From: Paraspadella gotoi
Taxonomy: Eukaryota > Animalia > Chaetognatha
DNA length: 64,000 nucleotides
Direction of reading: 5' to 3'
Assembly: GCA_051294375.1 (NCBI GenBank)
Contig: CM119265.1
Span: forward strand, 17,984,484 to 18,048,483
Below are positions 28,803-42,757 of this stretch, piece by piece (the first letter of the stretch is position 1; the number at the start of each line of letters is the position of its first letter). A program made the translations under genes and the position numbers. The notes under the pieces were generated by a model that saw only the letters and a list, made by a program, of their open reading frames with translations, had not been told where the DNA came from and did not search any database.

Positions 28803-31800
28803 CGACCCCACAGCGAGGGCATGACAAGCTCGACGAAATGAAGAAAGAGATAATTTTTTTCTGATTTAAGACGCAATAAAGTCTCGTTTTTACTGCGTTA
28901 ATTCCGATCGGCTTACGAGATCGGCTTTTCCGATCGGCTTTCGTTCGCGTTACTTTATCGCTTCTCGGTTCGCGATGGCGATTTTTTTCGGCACCCGAAT
29001 CCTCGTAAAGAAAGTTTAATGGCGCGAAAGAAGAGGGATTGGGGCGATTTGCGGGACGAGGGGGAGGGGAAAGGGGGGGGGTAGGAAGAGGGAAGATCGG
29101 GTATCGGATAAATTGAAAGAAAAATGACAATTGTAAAGACGGGAGGAGAAGAAAAGTATGAAATATTAAAACGGTGAATGAAAACTTAACGTTTACGCTA
29201 CAAAATGAGAGGGTGTTCCCACGGAATAAAAGTTAAAAAAGATCAAATTAGTTCAACGGAAAAAAAAATATATTGTAAAAAAAAAAAAATTTAAAGCTGC
29301 ATTTTGACAAGAACCGTTGGATTTGTGGTCGCCATCTGCATTTTCTTCGCTACTCTAACGCCGAAATTTCTGGCGAATTTCATTCGGCGACAAATCTTCA
29401 ATCGAGAAAGGAATCGAGAAGAAAGGAACGGCGCGAATCAATCATTAGTCGAAGACACCGAGAAAAGAGATACGATCTTCCATTGAATAACTTCAAACCG
29501 AAAACCGCGAAAGTCTCTTTTTTCCCTTCGCCTTTCACTCCCATCCACTCCAACTTTTTTTAAAAGGGGGGAGGGGGGGGGAAAGGCGAGTCGCCAGACT
29601 TTGGCTCGACAACTTTTGGAGGAGTTAGTTTCGACGGTTTGAAGGATAATTGTCAGGTCGGCTTTTTGTTTAGTTTTAGTAAAATAAACACAGGTGGTTT
29701 CGATCGGAATTGTCAATCAATCAGAATTAAATTTGTTTGTTGGATTCGGTATCGCATTAAAATTTGATCGATTAATCAATCAGTCAATCATTCACTTTAT
29801 TTATTCATCGCAATCAATGCAATTGACATCTAAGTTATTTAAATGATGAGTTCGCCCAACGATTAAATGGACTGACGGTGGGTTTGATCGGTCGATAGCT
29901 TTATCAGTATTTAGTATTTACGTAGTAGAACTATCTAAATCAATTTTCTTTCCGGTATTAGCGTCGGGAAACAAACTCTGAAAAATCGTTTTAATTAATA
30001 ACGAAATCTCTCTTTTTGTTCTCACTCCCGGCAGCAATAATATCAAATAAGTTGGAAGAAAAGAAATTCTTTTTTTTTCTTTTTTCATTCGTTAATTAAA
30101 AAAGAAAAAAAATCATTCCGATTCGCTTCTTAACTAAACAAAGACTCGAAGGACTAATTAAGAGAAATCAAAACGAACGAAGAGAAAAAGAAAGAAAATG
30201 GAATATTTGGCAGAAAAGGAAACTTGTTTTGGGCGGATTAGTCGGAGGAAGACGACGACGACAACTAAAAATGACAAACGACAATCGACCAATTCGGCAA
30301 AATGATGAACGATGAGCAAAAAATCTCTTTTTTTTTTTTTTTTCAATTTCTGACTAATTATATTCTTCCACCTCGAATAAGTTGAACGATAGTAAAAAAA
30401 TTCGAGTGATAATCGTTTTCAGATCGAAAACGAAACCGAAATCATTAAATCAGGATTTAATTCTCTTAATTTTTTTTCGTTGTCGTCGTCGTCGTCGTCG
30501 TCGTTTCCTTTCATACACAACGAATCCAACCTCCGAAGTCCAACTGTTGAGCTAGCGTAGAACGCTGAAGCCTCGTATCCGATCCCCAGTGACCACCCGT
30601 CGGTCCGCCCGGCGGCCCAACGGACACAGATTCCCCTTTTTTCAAAAAAAATATAGGATCGTAATTCTTTTTTAAAAAGCGATTTGGTTTATCTGCGGTG
30701 ATTAAGTGCGCTCATCTCGCGAAACAGAAAATGATCCGATCTGATTTGTGGCCTCGTACATTCTGGAACCGCAGGTAGCGCGACCTGACGGTGGGACGAC
30801 GAGGGCGACGACGACGAAAAATGGTTCGAAATGGCGGTTATTCGTTGATTTACTCTCGTTTAGCGATGCGCGACGTCGGAGAGAAAACTCGGTTGTTCTC
30901 CGATTAATTACATGAAATTTCTCTTAGAAAACCTTTTTTTGGGGGGAAATAATGTATCATCCCCTCCAAAGACGTTTGGCTTGGAATTTCATTTGTAAAG
31001 AAGCAAGGTGATAAGCGTAACTAAATACTGAATGTCAAATTGTTTCTTTTATTGTTTTATCGTTTTATCTTTTTATCGTCTTAACTGTCAAATTGTTTCT
31101 TTTATTTCAAAAAAAAAAAACACCGAATTAACTGACATTTGACTCAAATTTTGAGCGAAACGTTGAAGTAATTTATTTAATCAATTTACCAAAAAATATG
31201 GAGGCGACCTCGCGGATTAGCGATGAGTGTAGTGGCGATGAGAAGCGGTTCCGGCCGAAGAATCGTTGAATCGATTGGGTGGAAAATAAGATTAAAACGA
31301 TATTGAAACAACAACAACAACAGCGACAATGGACCGATCGTCAGGCAGCCTTCTCTTTTACGATGACAGTTGGGAGATTGATGACAACGAAATCGGCATC
31401 AATGATTTTAAGTATCGACGACGACAGATCTATATAAAAGGATGACAACGACTTGGTGAGAGGAAAAATTTAAAAAATCCCAACCAAACTTGTCAAGTTT
31501 TGATTGACGACGCCAGTGAGAAGAAACTTACCTCGTCAGGGGTCTCGTCTACGTAATCGTCGTCATCTTCGTCATCAACATCGTCATCCTCGTGATCAAC
31601 GTCGTCTTTTTGCAACAGTAAAGTCGTTAAGCTTTAAAATGTTATAAACAACAAACATCAAACAAACAAAACAAAAGTTCATCTCTTATAAATCGTGTCA
31701 ATGATAAATATAAATATGATGCCTTCTTTTTAGAATTGCTCCATTTGTGATTATGACATTAGTAGTAAATTTGAACATCTATTTATGAGGAAAACGCATA

Positions 31801-31857
31801 TGATTTTAGAAAGAGCAATATATTTCGGTTGTATTTGCTTTTGAGTAGGATAAAATA

Positions 31858-31859
<2 letters not shown>

Positions 31860-31946
<87 letters not shown>
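31860..31946. repeat. (ATT)n microsatellite, with (CAA)n(CGA)n nearby at about 32005-32065
   Basis: Direct tandem repeats. Confidence 0.95.
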
Positions 31947-31947
<1 letters not shown>

Positions 31948-32003
31948 ATTTTACTTTTATTTTTCCTTGCTTTCTCTTTCAGCAACCTCCAACAACTACG
32001 AAG

Positions 32004-32065
<62 letters not shown>

Positions 32066-33786
32066 AGCAACGTCCGTTAGTGACGCGAAATCGAGGAAAT
32101 ATCGACATCGGCTCGAATTCGCTTGAATAGAAGTGACAACGACTTGCGTCGTCACATGTCACTCTCGCCTCCCCATAATTTCCTGCGCGCGCAACATGAC
32201 ATAATCGTTGACACGCGCGTGCGATAGAAGGCGCGAGTGAAAGTGGGAGAGTGAGACGAAAGAGAGAGAGAGAGTGTTAAGAGATGAGATAATGGGATAC
32301 GATGGTCAAATTGAGCGAATAATAAAGAGTTAAAGTTTGATACAGGAATGGTTTAAGGCTCGACGATGTTTTAAAAATCTTCAGCCATATACAGTCATGA
32401 TAGTATTTTACGCAGAAGTAAAATCTCCCATCATTTCGGTCAATTACAAATAGACGATGAGGTTTTCTAATTCTTTTCATAAAAACCTTTTAAACTTCTT
32501 TACGTATTAGAGAAATAAAAAAGAAAGAAAAAAACTTCGATAAAAGGAAATAAAAAATAAAGAAAGCGATCCTAATCCTCGTTTCCCTTTTGTTTTGTTG
32601 TTATCGAGACAAAAGGCTTCGGAGTCGATCGAAAATCCCGCCTCATTCTCCACCTTTCTTTCTTTCTCCTTTCTTTCTTTTTTTTTTTCCTCCTTTCTTC
32701 TTCTCCTTCTTCCTCTGATCAATAATTCTCCACCTGATGCGCCGATCCATTGTTTCTTTCTTTCGCCAGCAACAAACATTCGTCCTTTCATCCCAGAAAT
32801 CGCATCCCCTTTTCTTTCCCTTTAACTCGTCCCTTTCTTAGCGAGAGTAAACCCTTCATTCATTCCCATATTCGTTCCTATTTTACTTTCGAATGAAGAG
32901 AGGTTCTTGTTAAGTTTATTGATTCGCGTTTGCCGCCTTCAAATGCGTTCCCTCCTCACTCGGTTCATAAAATTTAACGACTCAAAACGTGGATTCATTT
33001 TCGCTCACTTCTCACTCGCTGTAGTCATCAATCGTCCATGTTCATTTACATTAATCTTTCAACTCTGACCTGACCACTTTAATTCTTTCTAAATTTATTA
33101 ATCAAAATGAGAGTTCCTTATGACCACCGCCATCTATCTGTTAAAACCCACTCGTTTCTCCCAATACCACTCAACCCAAGAGACCACCCCTTATTTCTCT
33201 CAGTTCCCCACACCTCTCCCCACTAGCCCACTTTTCCCCCCACCCCTTCCTTTTCTTTCCTCGTTGTTTAATTCATTTCGAGTTTCGAGTCGCGACCGAA
33301 ATTTTCTTTTGTCTTTCATTCCTGGAAAACTGAAGACGAAGATGACGACGACGAAGCTGAAGAAAAACGACGTTGGCGAAAACGGCGATGAAGACGACGA
33401 AGCTGATCATAGAAAGTAAGCCTTGGTTATAACAATTTTTATCATTATGACGATGACAAAGTCGAAAACAGGCAACATTGCTCTAAAGGACATAAACTTT
33501 TCAAAATGAAGCAATTCGGGTTTATTCAATCCCATAAATCTCTACATCTCAACATATCTTTTCTTCTCTTTTTTTTTCTCCCCCTTAATACCCTTGTTTC
33601 ACTCCACCCATGCCCCCGTCACAGCGCGTCACCCCGAAAATGTATGCCTCCTCCGTCGTGTCTCGTTTCTCTCTTTCTCTCTCCACTTTTGCGGCTTTTT
33701 TTTTTTTTTTTTTTTTGAGAATCGCGTTCCTCACGTAGCTTTTTTTTTCCCTTATCTGCTTCAAATTCACAAGGCAACCGGCTCGA

Positions 33787-33825
33787 CCAATCGGACGCTT
33801 TCGACAGGTCGCCGCCTCGACCAAT
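33787..33825. promoter_or_regulatory. Paired CCAAT boxes 34 bp apart
   Basis: ctcgaCCAATc occurs twice (33787 and 33821) in a CpG-rich patch; mirrored at about 27068-27107. Confidence 0.4.
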
Positions 33826-33943
33826 CCGAGGGAGCGGTGAGAGTTTTTGCTCTTTTGTTCCTCTGAGAGGCGGCGATTAATTAGCGTTCGACGTCGCCAG
33901 AGTCCGCGACGCATGTTTGATGGAGGGAGGGAGGGAAGAAGAG

Positions 33944-34010
<67 letters not shown>

Positions 34011-36640
34011 CATTACACGCGTAGACGCGTTGGCGTGCATGCAACGTGAGTGCGAATTTCGCGCCTGTTGACGCCCATCCTTGTCGCCGTCGTGAAAAAG
34101 GAGGAGGAGGTGAAGGAGCCGGAGAACGAGAGGCAGAAGATACATCGGCAAAAGACTTTTGGGTTGGCGGGAGATGTATTCGCTTTCTGTTGCCCAATTA
34201 ACGAATTATGCGTATAATGGCAGTTTCAGTGAGAAGGATTTGCAATGACATAAGTTTTTTTATTAACTCGTACATCAAGACAGTTCCGAATACTTGCCCG
34301 TGATTCTCCTCCTCTCTTTTCTTTTTTCTTCTCTTCATTGAAACTAACAAGTATTCGTCGTTTGTCTAAAGTAAAGACCAACAAAAAACCTCAAAGGCAT
34401 CGCTTTCATTTTCTCGTCGTTTAATGAAACTTTTTTTTTTACCTTTTTAGGCTTTTCATTTGACAAAAAAAAAAACGTACTCCGCTTTACTTTACTTTAC
34501 ACTTTATCTCTGTCTCTTTCTCTCATTCTCCATCTCTTATATGTAGAAAATTGGTACAACCAATATAATATATAATATATAATAATAGTATATAATTTTT
34601 TCCCATCGTTTCCATTGGTCGACGTTCGCCTAAGCGTCACCATAAATGTTTCGAAAAAATGATTTTAACCCAAATCGGGAAAAGGGACGTAGCGACATCG
34701 GCAAAATCTTGTTTGTAGGATTTATGATTTCGATAATTTTTTTTACTTCAAAACCTTCGCCAACTTAAGAAGTACTTTGTATAACTTTTAAATGTAAATA
34801 TTATTTATGTAAAGTGTATCTGATTCAAAATTTATATACATGAAATGAAAAAAAAAGAAAAGAAAAATTTAAAAATCAGATACGTATCAGAAAAAAAAGT
34901 TGGTGTGAACAGCATGGATGTCATTAACATCTATAAAAACAATTATTAATTGCGATAACAAAGGCTAGTTTTAATGATTAAAATAGAACCGGAAAAACTG
35001 CACAATATTTTTGTTGTAATTGAGAAAATCGACTTTCGCAGCCATTGGACTTTAATTCGAAGTCACCCAAGTTGCATCCAGCCGCGCCACCCAAGAATAC
35101 AGTTTGTACAACGAAAAAGTCGGCAAATATTTAACGTCGCGTCACCACAAAGAAATCGCGTCAAATCTGTAAAAATCACTTAAAACTCGTTTGTCTTTGA
35201 GATCAAAGCGGATTTTCGTAAAAAAGGGGGTTTACTTTTTTTCGGGGGTGGGCGATTTCACTCAGTTTTTTTTTTTTTTTTTAAATTTAATTCTTTTGCC
35301 CTTTTTTCTAAGGAGACGGGAAAAGGGGGGGGAGTGGGAAGATTTACTCGCCCTCTGTTGTCCGAGATAAAAGGTTTGGAAACATCGCGGTTGAGTCAGG
35401 CAGCCTATAGGGAACTCCCCTTTTAACGAAACTGTGCTTGATCTTCCGAATTGTTTATAATCAGCAGGAACACTGCACATCGCACAGTATAGTGCATATT
35501 ATAGAGAAGTATTGTTCTGTTGATCAGTTTACGAAATCCTAATGGACGTATTACTTTTTGCCTCTTAAATCGTCGGCCACTCTCATGAGACAACATGAGT
35601 AATGCAACGCCTATATATTTACATGATAGAAAGCTAGGACGGTCAAGATTATATAACGAGAAGAACAAAGTAACTAAGCGCAGATAGAGAGCGAGAGACG
35701 AGCCGAGAGTTGAAGGGGGGGGAAAAAAAAAGTCGGAAAGATTTTTTTTCATGCTCCTCGGATCCATGGTTTAATTGAATGTGGCTCATTAAGTTGAAAG
35801 TGAGGCAGAGAATTCTGATTTGCATTCGTCAGCAGAGAAAAAGAGGAGCTTGGTGGGGGAGTGAGGGTGAAAAGGACAGGGATGTGAATGGCGGAAGGGG
35901 GGTGGTTCGAGGGAGAGGGGGTGGTGTAAAGAATGGGGACACGGGGGAGGGGCTTTTGAGCTATAACTGTAGCAGAACTTGAGCAGAGGCAAGAGAGTAA
36001 AATTGGGAGAATGTAAGTTGATGTCAACTTGGGGGGGAAAAAACATTGAGACGATGACCGAAAGTTGAAAAAAAAAATGGATGGCAGCGATTGGCGTTTG
36101 GAGTGGCAGAAATGACGATTGGTGTGGAGGGGTGACGCAAATGACGGGGGCGACGGTGAGGTGAGACGTCGGATGTCACGAGTTAATGTCCCGTGAAGCG
36201 ATGTCGCGTGTCGAGAAAGTGGGTTGGGATGAGGAAGAGGAGGTGGAATGGAAGAGTGAAGGAGGATGGGAGGAAAGAGACCTGAAAAGGAAAGGATGAA
36301 GGGAGGAGAGGAAAGAGACCTGAAAAGGAAAGGATGAAGGGAGGTGAGGAAAGAAGTGAAGGCTTGAGGGAGAAGTGCTTTATTTAATGAGGTACTTGTC
36401 ACTATAATCTTAACATCAAACGAATATTTTTTATTTTTAAAAGTGTCAATTATCGCGAGCGGAATTTACGCACTGAATAACCTCAAAAATAAAAATAAAA
36501 AATAAAAAATGTGAAAAGTTGTCTCACCTGTATTCGACTTTGGATTCACGAATTCACATCACGAAAGTTTTTGATATGAATTGGAATGAATCCCGTCGAT
36601 AAAAGTTAGAAAAAGAGGGAGAGAGGGAAGGAGGTTGGGA

Positions 36641-36759
36641 CGATTGGGGCGATTGGGGCGATTGGGGCGATTGGGCGATTGGGGTGATTGGGGCGATTGG
36701 GGTGATTCGGGCGATAGGGGCGATAGGGGCGATAGGGGCGATTGGGGCAATTGGGGCGA
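36641..36759. repeat. 9-bp G-rich minisatellite (CGATTGGGG-like), about 13 units
   Basis: Units cgattgggg, tgattgggg and cgatagggg in tandem; explains the PIAPIA and SPQSPQ ORFs. Confidence 0.93.
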
Positions 36760-37362
36760 AGGGGGGATTATTGGGAATTAAGGGAAGGCTGCTCGGTTGG
36801 ACGAAACGATTCAAGAAATCAGGAAAAGGTTTTGCGTAATTTTTTTTTTCTCGTAAATTACATATCATTAAATATGTTAGAATTATCAAGTTTATCATTT
36901 TTGTAAAATGGCATGCAACCCCCAATAATTATTTTTATTTTAAAAAAGTCACAGAAGTTATGCTAAGTTACGTATTATCAAACAAGACTGGCTGGATTTA
37001 ATAAAACTAATTGAGACTAAGTAGTGCTCCATGCAAATTGTTGAAAATCAATCACACACCGGGGAAAGGGTGATATAATATATAGAGTAGAGCCTAGGAA
37101 CTCTCTTGCCCCTTAGTAAGGGAGTGAGGCGATAGAGGTGAGGGAGAAGAGAAATCACGAGGCGAAAAAATGTGAAAGATGAAGCGAATTCACGCGGAAT
37201 CAAACTTCATGATTCTGCGGAGTTTTTCATCTTTGGTGAATGGCTGTCAGAGGAGCCCGCTTTTTCCTCCGCTTGCTCTTTTGTTTCCAAACGCCATCTC
37301 ATTTCAATAATGACCGTCGCAATCAGAGGCTCATACATTGAATATATTCCCCTCTCATTCCC

Positions 37363-37498
<136 letters not shown>

Positions 37499-40400
37499 AA
37501 AGGCAACTTCATTTTTCCCTAGATTCAAAACCCCTTCATGGCGAGAAATAGAGAGAAATACGTTTAGAGAGTGAGAGCGAGAGTGAGAGGGGAAGACTCA
37601 CAGACTCAGAGAGAGCGAGAGAACGAGAGAAAGAGAAAGAGAGAGAGTGAGTCTCAGATGAAAAATGCAAATATCTATAGATTTTTTTTCTATTCGTTGT
37701 GTCGCAGTTTTTTTGTGATTAATTCACTGAGTATCAAAGAGATGATGATGATGATAAATTAGGCTTGAAGGTAGAAATTCTTGACTTCTTGTCTTTCCAG
37801 AAGAGTTTCCTTCTATAATTAATTTTTCTTTCTCTGCAATCTATTCATTGTTTAAAACGAAAAAAGGATAAACTTTTAATTTACTAACAAAATAAATATT
37901 TTAACGCGACGTAAACTCTCATTTTACTCCCTTTTTACCCCAACTTCCACTGAAAATCCTCTAAACTCTATCACTCTTTCCTTATTCCTTATTCCTTTCT
38001 CACTGGCAATTTAATGGTTTGTTTTCGAAGTCATTAAAAGTAGGCAACGGATAATTGATAGAATATGCGCTGTTGTAGCAAGATATACCTGATTTTTATC
38101 CTTATTTATTATTTTGAAAAACTTTACGAGCGAAGGAATGATAGGCTTCTTTTCAAAGATTCCAAACCAGCCCTAATGAATTTCGTGCAGTGTTATTTTG
38201 TTTTATTTTATCCTATATCAAATTTTTAATGGGCAGTAGCGCCATCAAGTGAAATTATATCACTAAAAACAAAAAGCGGGTGTACTAAAGAATTACTGAA
38301 TCAAACAGTTGGGTCGTAATATGTAATTCGACGAAACGTCACCTGATATTTTAGTACGTTTGTATTAATTTATGTATTGCGGAATGCGAGTTTAATCCCC
38401 CCTTACCCTGAATGTAAATCCGTTATTTTCTGGATTTGAAATGTTATTTTGCAATTGCTACTTAATAATGTTTTATAATTTTTGTTTTGTTTTGGAGCAA
38501 AACCCTACTGTCTAGAGAAAACGAAACGAAGTAGCCATTAGCCAAATATTCCCCTAAGTTGTCTGTAACAAGTTACGAATAATCATTATGGCATAAATGT
38601 TTATTTACAAATACGCAAATGACAAGGATGGCACAGATGAACCAACAGCACATAATGGCGTACAATATTTTCAACGACGTCACAAAAAAATGACCTAAAA
38701 CAAAGTTGTCAACATTTTATGATTTTAAATTAGACGAATAGAAATAAATGATCCTTTGAAGTCCGTTTCGGTACAAAGGTCAGTAATACTGAGAAATATC
38801 TCAGAGATAAGGCAACGAAAAACAAGAGAGACGCGATTCATTAACGAAGTTACGTTAAACAACGAAAAAAAAATAAATAAAAATAATTTATCAATAACAG
38901 AATCGTCTTGAAAAGGACAATGGGGATAGGGCCATTTGTTAGCAAATTATGAATTATCTTTCAACGAAAAAGAGAGAAAAACTAACCAAAGTGAGATACC
39001 GAAAACGCTCGATAATTTTTTTAATGTTTTTTCATTTCTGTTTTCGTTATTTGTTTTCTTTTAAAGGTTTATTTTTGAAGAGCGTAACGTGCAGTCGACA
39101 GCCACAAAATTTTTGAGACGATTACGAAGAAAAAAATGTTTAAATTATTGTTAAACTTCTATATTTTAAAAAATAAGGGCCGTTATTCGTTACATTCTAA
39201 TAAATTCTACCGATTAACCTAAGTTATCACATGTGAGATAGCACAGGAAAATATGTAAAAGAATGACAAATTTATTATATTTAATTTTCTTTTTCTTTCT
39301 AATTGTCAATATATATTTCATTTCATCGGTTAATATTAATAAAAATATCAAAATGTTCTTATGCTGATTTTTAAATTGTCTCTTTAAGTTTTTTGGTTAT
39401 ATTTTGCAGCAGTTTTGAAAAAATGGCGCAAGATCAGCATAAGCTAGAAAACTGTGAGCCCTGAAATACTTTTTTTGTTTTCTTGCAAAGCGAAAACATG
39501 TTTTAGGATCTACCGAGGTAACGAAAAAAAAAGAAAAGAAAACTATCACATGAAGATTTTTTTTTTGTTTAATGAATTGGCGCATGTTGTGAAGTCATAC
39601 TATGAGAATAACATAATTTACTTTAATAAATTGAGATTCGAAACTTTAGAATATAATTGAAAAACGAATCGTATCAGCCAAATGATTACTATTTTTTATA
39701 AGCGCAGCTTAAAGACGGTAAACAGACATTTTTTTCCTTTCTTTATAATTATAAAAAAAAAAAAAAAAAATTAAACCATAATTCGCGGATTGGTTGCAGA
39801 CAGAACACCGGAGATAACATTAAACAAGTTTGGATCCATTGGGTTTTCGAGGGTTTGAATTGATTTTTCAAAGTCTTCCTATGATTTGTTGGGGTTAGCA
39901 CTGAGAGAGTGTGGAACAGTTAGTTGCATCGTCGAGTCAATCTAGCACGCTTTAAACTCGACACATTGCATAACGCATGACATGACGGCTTCTTTTGCAA
40001 CAAAAAGAACGCCATGTTTTTGTTTCTTTTTTTTTTTCAGGGTAGGAAGGGAGAAAAGAAAGCGAAAAACATAAAAGAAATTAAAGCTCGGTTCCTGAAA
40101 GACAGAGTGAGAAATTGCGTTGGAATTGCTGGCGCAAAGTTGAGAATAAAATATTGGCCACTTTGCGCAATTTGTCGCTTCTTCTTAACTCGCTCGTTTT
40201 TGGGTTTCCTTCAAAACGTTTATAGCAAAACGATCGTGTTTTTAAAATAAAATAAATGAAACAAAAGACGTGACTAAAAAAATATAGGTTCAGCAAAGCC
40301 AAGACTACCCCGCGTCTCCGTCTGTCTTTCGAACTCCGGAGAAAAAAGGCGAATTTCTTTTGAGGAAAGGAAAGTCAAAAGTGAAACGCGTGAGACCGAA

Positions 40401-41462
40401 AGATTGTGACGGTAAACGCGGGAAAGGAGAAAGGTGTGTGAAGGAGGGGAATGTCATTTTCCGTATTGCATCAGTCATATTGAGCCTAAGAAAAAACAAA
40501 AAAACAAGCAAACATCTGCGATTTTTAATGAATTGACTTTCTTTTTAATAATTTTTTAAAAAAAATAATGCGAAACTTTTTATTTGTAAAAGTTCGAATT
40601 GACGTTTGCTGTTAGTGTTGGTCTAACGATGGCTAGCCCGCGCTGAAGACATTTGACTTCGAGGCGAGGGATACTACCCCATGGAGTCTATGGCTTGACC
40701 CATTGAGGATTTGAGGTTTGACCAAATCTGACCAAAACGATTTGCCTTTTCCGTCATTTCCCAACAAAAAAGAAAATAAAATCATTCAGTATTTTAAATA
40801 AAAAGGGGAAAAAAAAGGTGTCAACATATTATCTAAAAAAAAGTTGAATCTAAAAATTTGAATCTTAATCAATATGTTTTGAAACAAGTTTTAATACTTC
40901 TCTTAATTCATGTAATACAAGTCTCTAATTATATTTCCGAAAAAATTTAGCTTACGATTATAGATAAAAGTTGTTTATTGTCTGCCTTTTTTAAATAAAA
41001 AATGACGGAAAGTAAATTATAAGTCGCGCAGAAAAACATTAATTAAGCAGCTTTCTGAGTGTTGTGCGTTGCACTCGCGGAGCCATAAAAAGCTCCTTGT
41101 ATGTATTTTTTGGGGTTTTGTTTGTTACGTTTATTTATTTTTTTTTTGACAAGAATCGAGCTGTCAAGCTGCCCTGAGCGATTTTGACTGGTCGGCGCGG
41201 CGACCTGCGTACTTGAACAGCGCCACACTGTCCTTTTTTCTCTTTTCATTTTCTCGATTTTTCGGACAGCGTCACTCTGTCCAGTTGATTGTGCTTTTGT
41301 TTACATCGGTGTCGTTTCGTTCTGCGACGTTTGCGACGTCGCCTTCGTTCTCGCGAATTTATGAAACTTAAGATAAAACTATTTATGTTTGACTTTTAAG
41401 TTAAATTTCACTCTTTTATTTCGTAAAAAGCAATCCACGGGATTCCTTATCTAATGTGTGTC

Positions 41463-41574
<112 letters not shown>

Positions 41575-42757
41575 GGAACATCAAGGGACAAACAGATTGA
41601 CAGACAAACAGATCGAGAGACAGGCAGACAAAGGTCATGGACACTACAATGACTTTTACTCGTCAGCCTTATCTTTTCGTTCCAGATCCAATTTCCTTTC
41701 AGCGTGTAGCAACTTGATTCATTTCTAACTCGCAAAGCGCAAAGCCTCTTCTCAATTTCTCGCTCGTTAGTCTTACGGTTCTAACTCGGATAAATGACTC
41801 GCCATTTTGTCTGCCACTCGTTGGAATCCAGCCACAAGACCGGCGAGGGCGCGTTTGCTCTTTTGTTTCAGTCAACTTTCTTTAAAAGATCCTTTTCCAG
41901 TTTTGCTTTCTTTGTTTATGTTTTTTTTTTAAATAGATCGGCGAATTTTTTTTTCATTTTTATCCTGAGTCAAACTTTCTTTGTAGTTATTTCGGTAAAG
42001 TATTTTTTAAAGTAAATAAAACAAAAAAACCGTCCGTGTTTCAAAGAGGACAAGTATCGCGGTAATAACGAGCGGTAGGAGGAAGGCCGGAAGGGAGAGG
42101 AGTGGGCCGAAGGGAGGCCGAGGATTGTGTTGGGCGGGGGAGGGCAATCTTTTTTTTTTCGCGGCGGGCGCCGGACTTAAGGCACGGGCAAGTATTGGCG
42201 CCACAAGAGGGGTTTCCTTTTTTTTTTTGAGCTTTGAAAAGCGGACCCTGCATCGCGATTTGGCTTAGAATTAAGACTTAGGGATCGGAATGGGGGGCAT
42301 TAGTGGGCGTGGCATCGACCTCAACGGACAAGTCGGGCCTTTCTCGAAAGAAGAGATTTGGGTAAGGGCGAAGGGTGAGGTCCACGTCGACGATCGATTC
42401 GATCGACGATTTCTGTTTATATTCCCCCCCCTTAAAAGAAAATCCTTTAAAACCTTAACAACCCTCGCACGTCGTCCCCCCCGCGGTCAGATGGCACTTT
42501 CTAGTTGCAAATTTTCCACGACCTGAGAGCCGCTGAGCAGGGCCGCGGTTTGGGATTTGGCCCCGACCGCGCATTTGGCCAGCTCGACGCGGTCCGCGTC
42601 GCGGGTCGCCACCGAATCCCTTCGACCTCCGTTGACGACCCTGTGGTTCTCCGAACTAGCGGTGCCATCGACGACGCCTCGGCGCGGCGGCGAGGCGTTG
42701 GTGAGCGGAGACGGCGTCGACGCCGCGACGACCGGCGCCGCCACCGTGGCGGCCCCG

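Larger units (their letters stand above)
27151..33865 (+). repeat. Tandem ~6.8-kb duplication, copy 2
   Basis: Begins gccgccgatcggaggatacc and ends gagagtttttgctcttttgttcct; contains two N-gaps. Confidence 0.9.

Noticed and set aside
35749-36402. 217-aa Pro/Ser/Leu-rich ORF (similarly 4283-4846)
   Set aside because: A by-product of a pyrimidine-rich strand lacking stops; no domain or splice support.
36641-36759. Short tandem arrays as a CRISPR array
   Set aside because: There are no unique spacers and no cas genes, and the context is eukaryotic.
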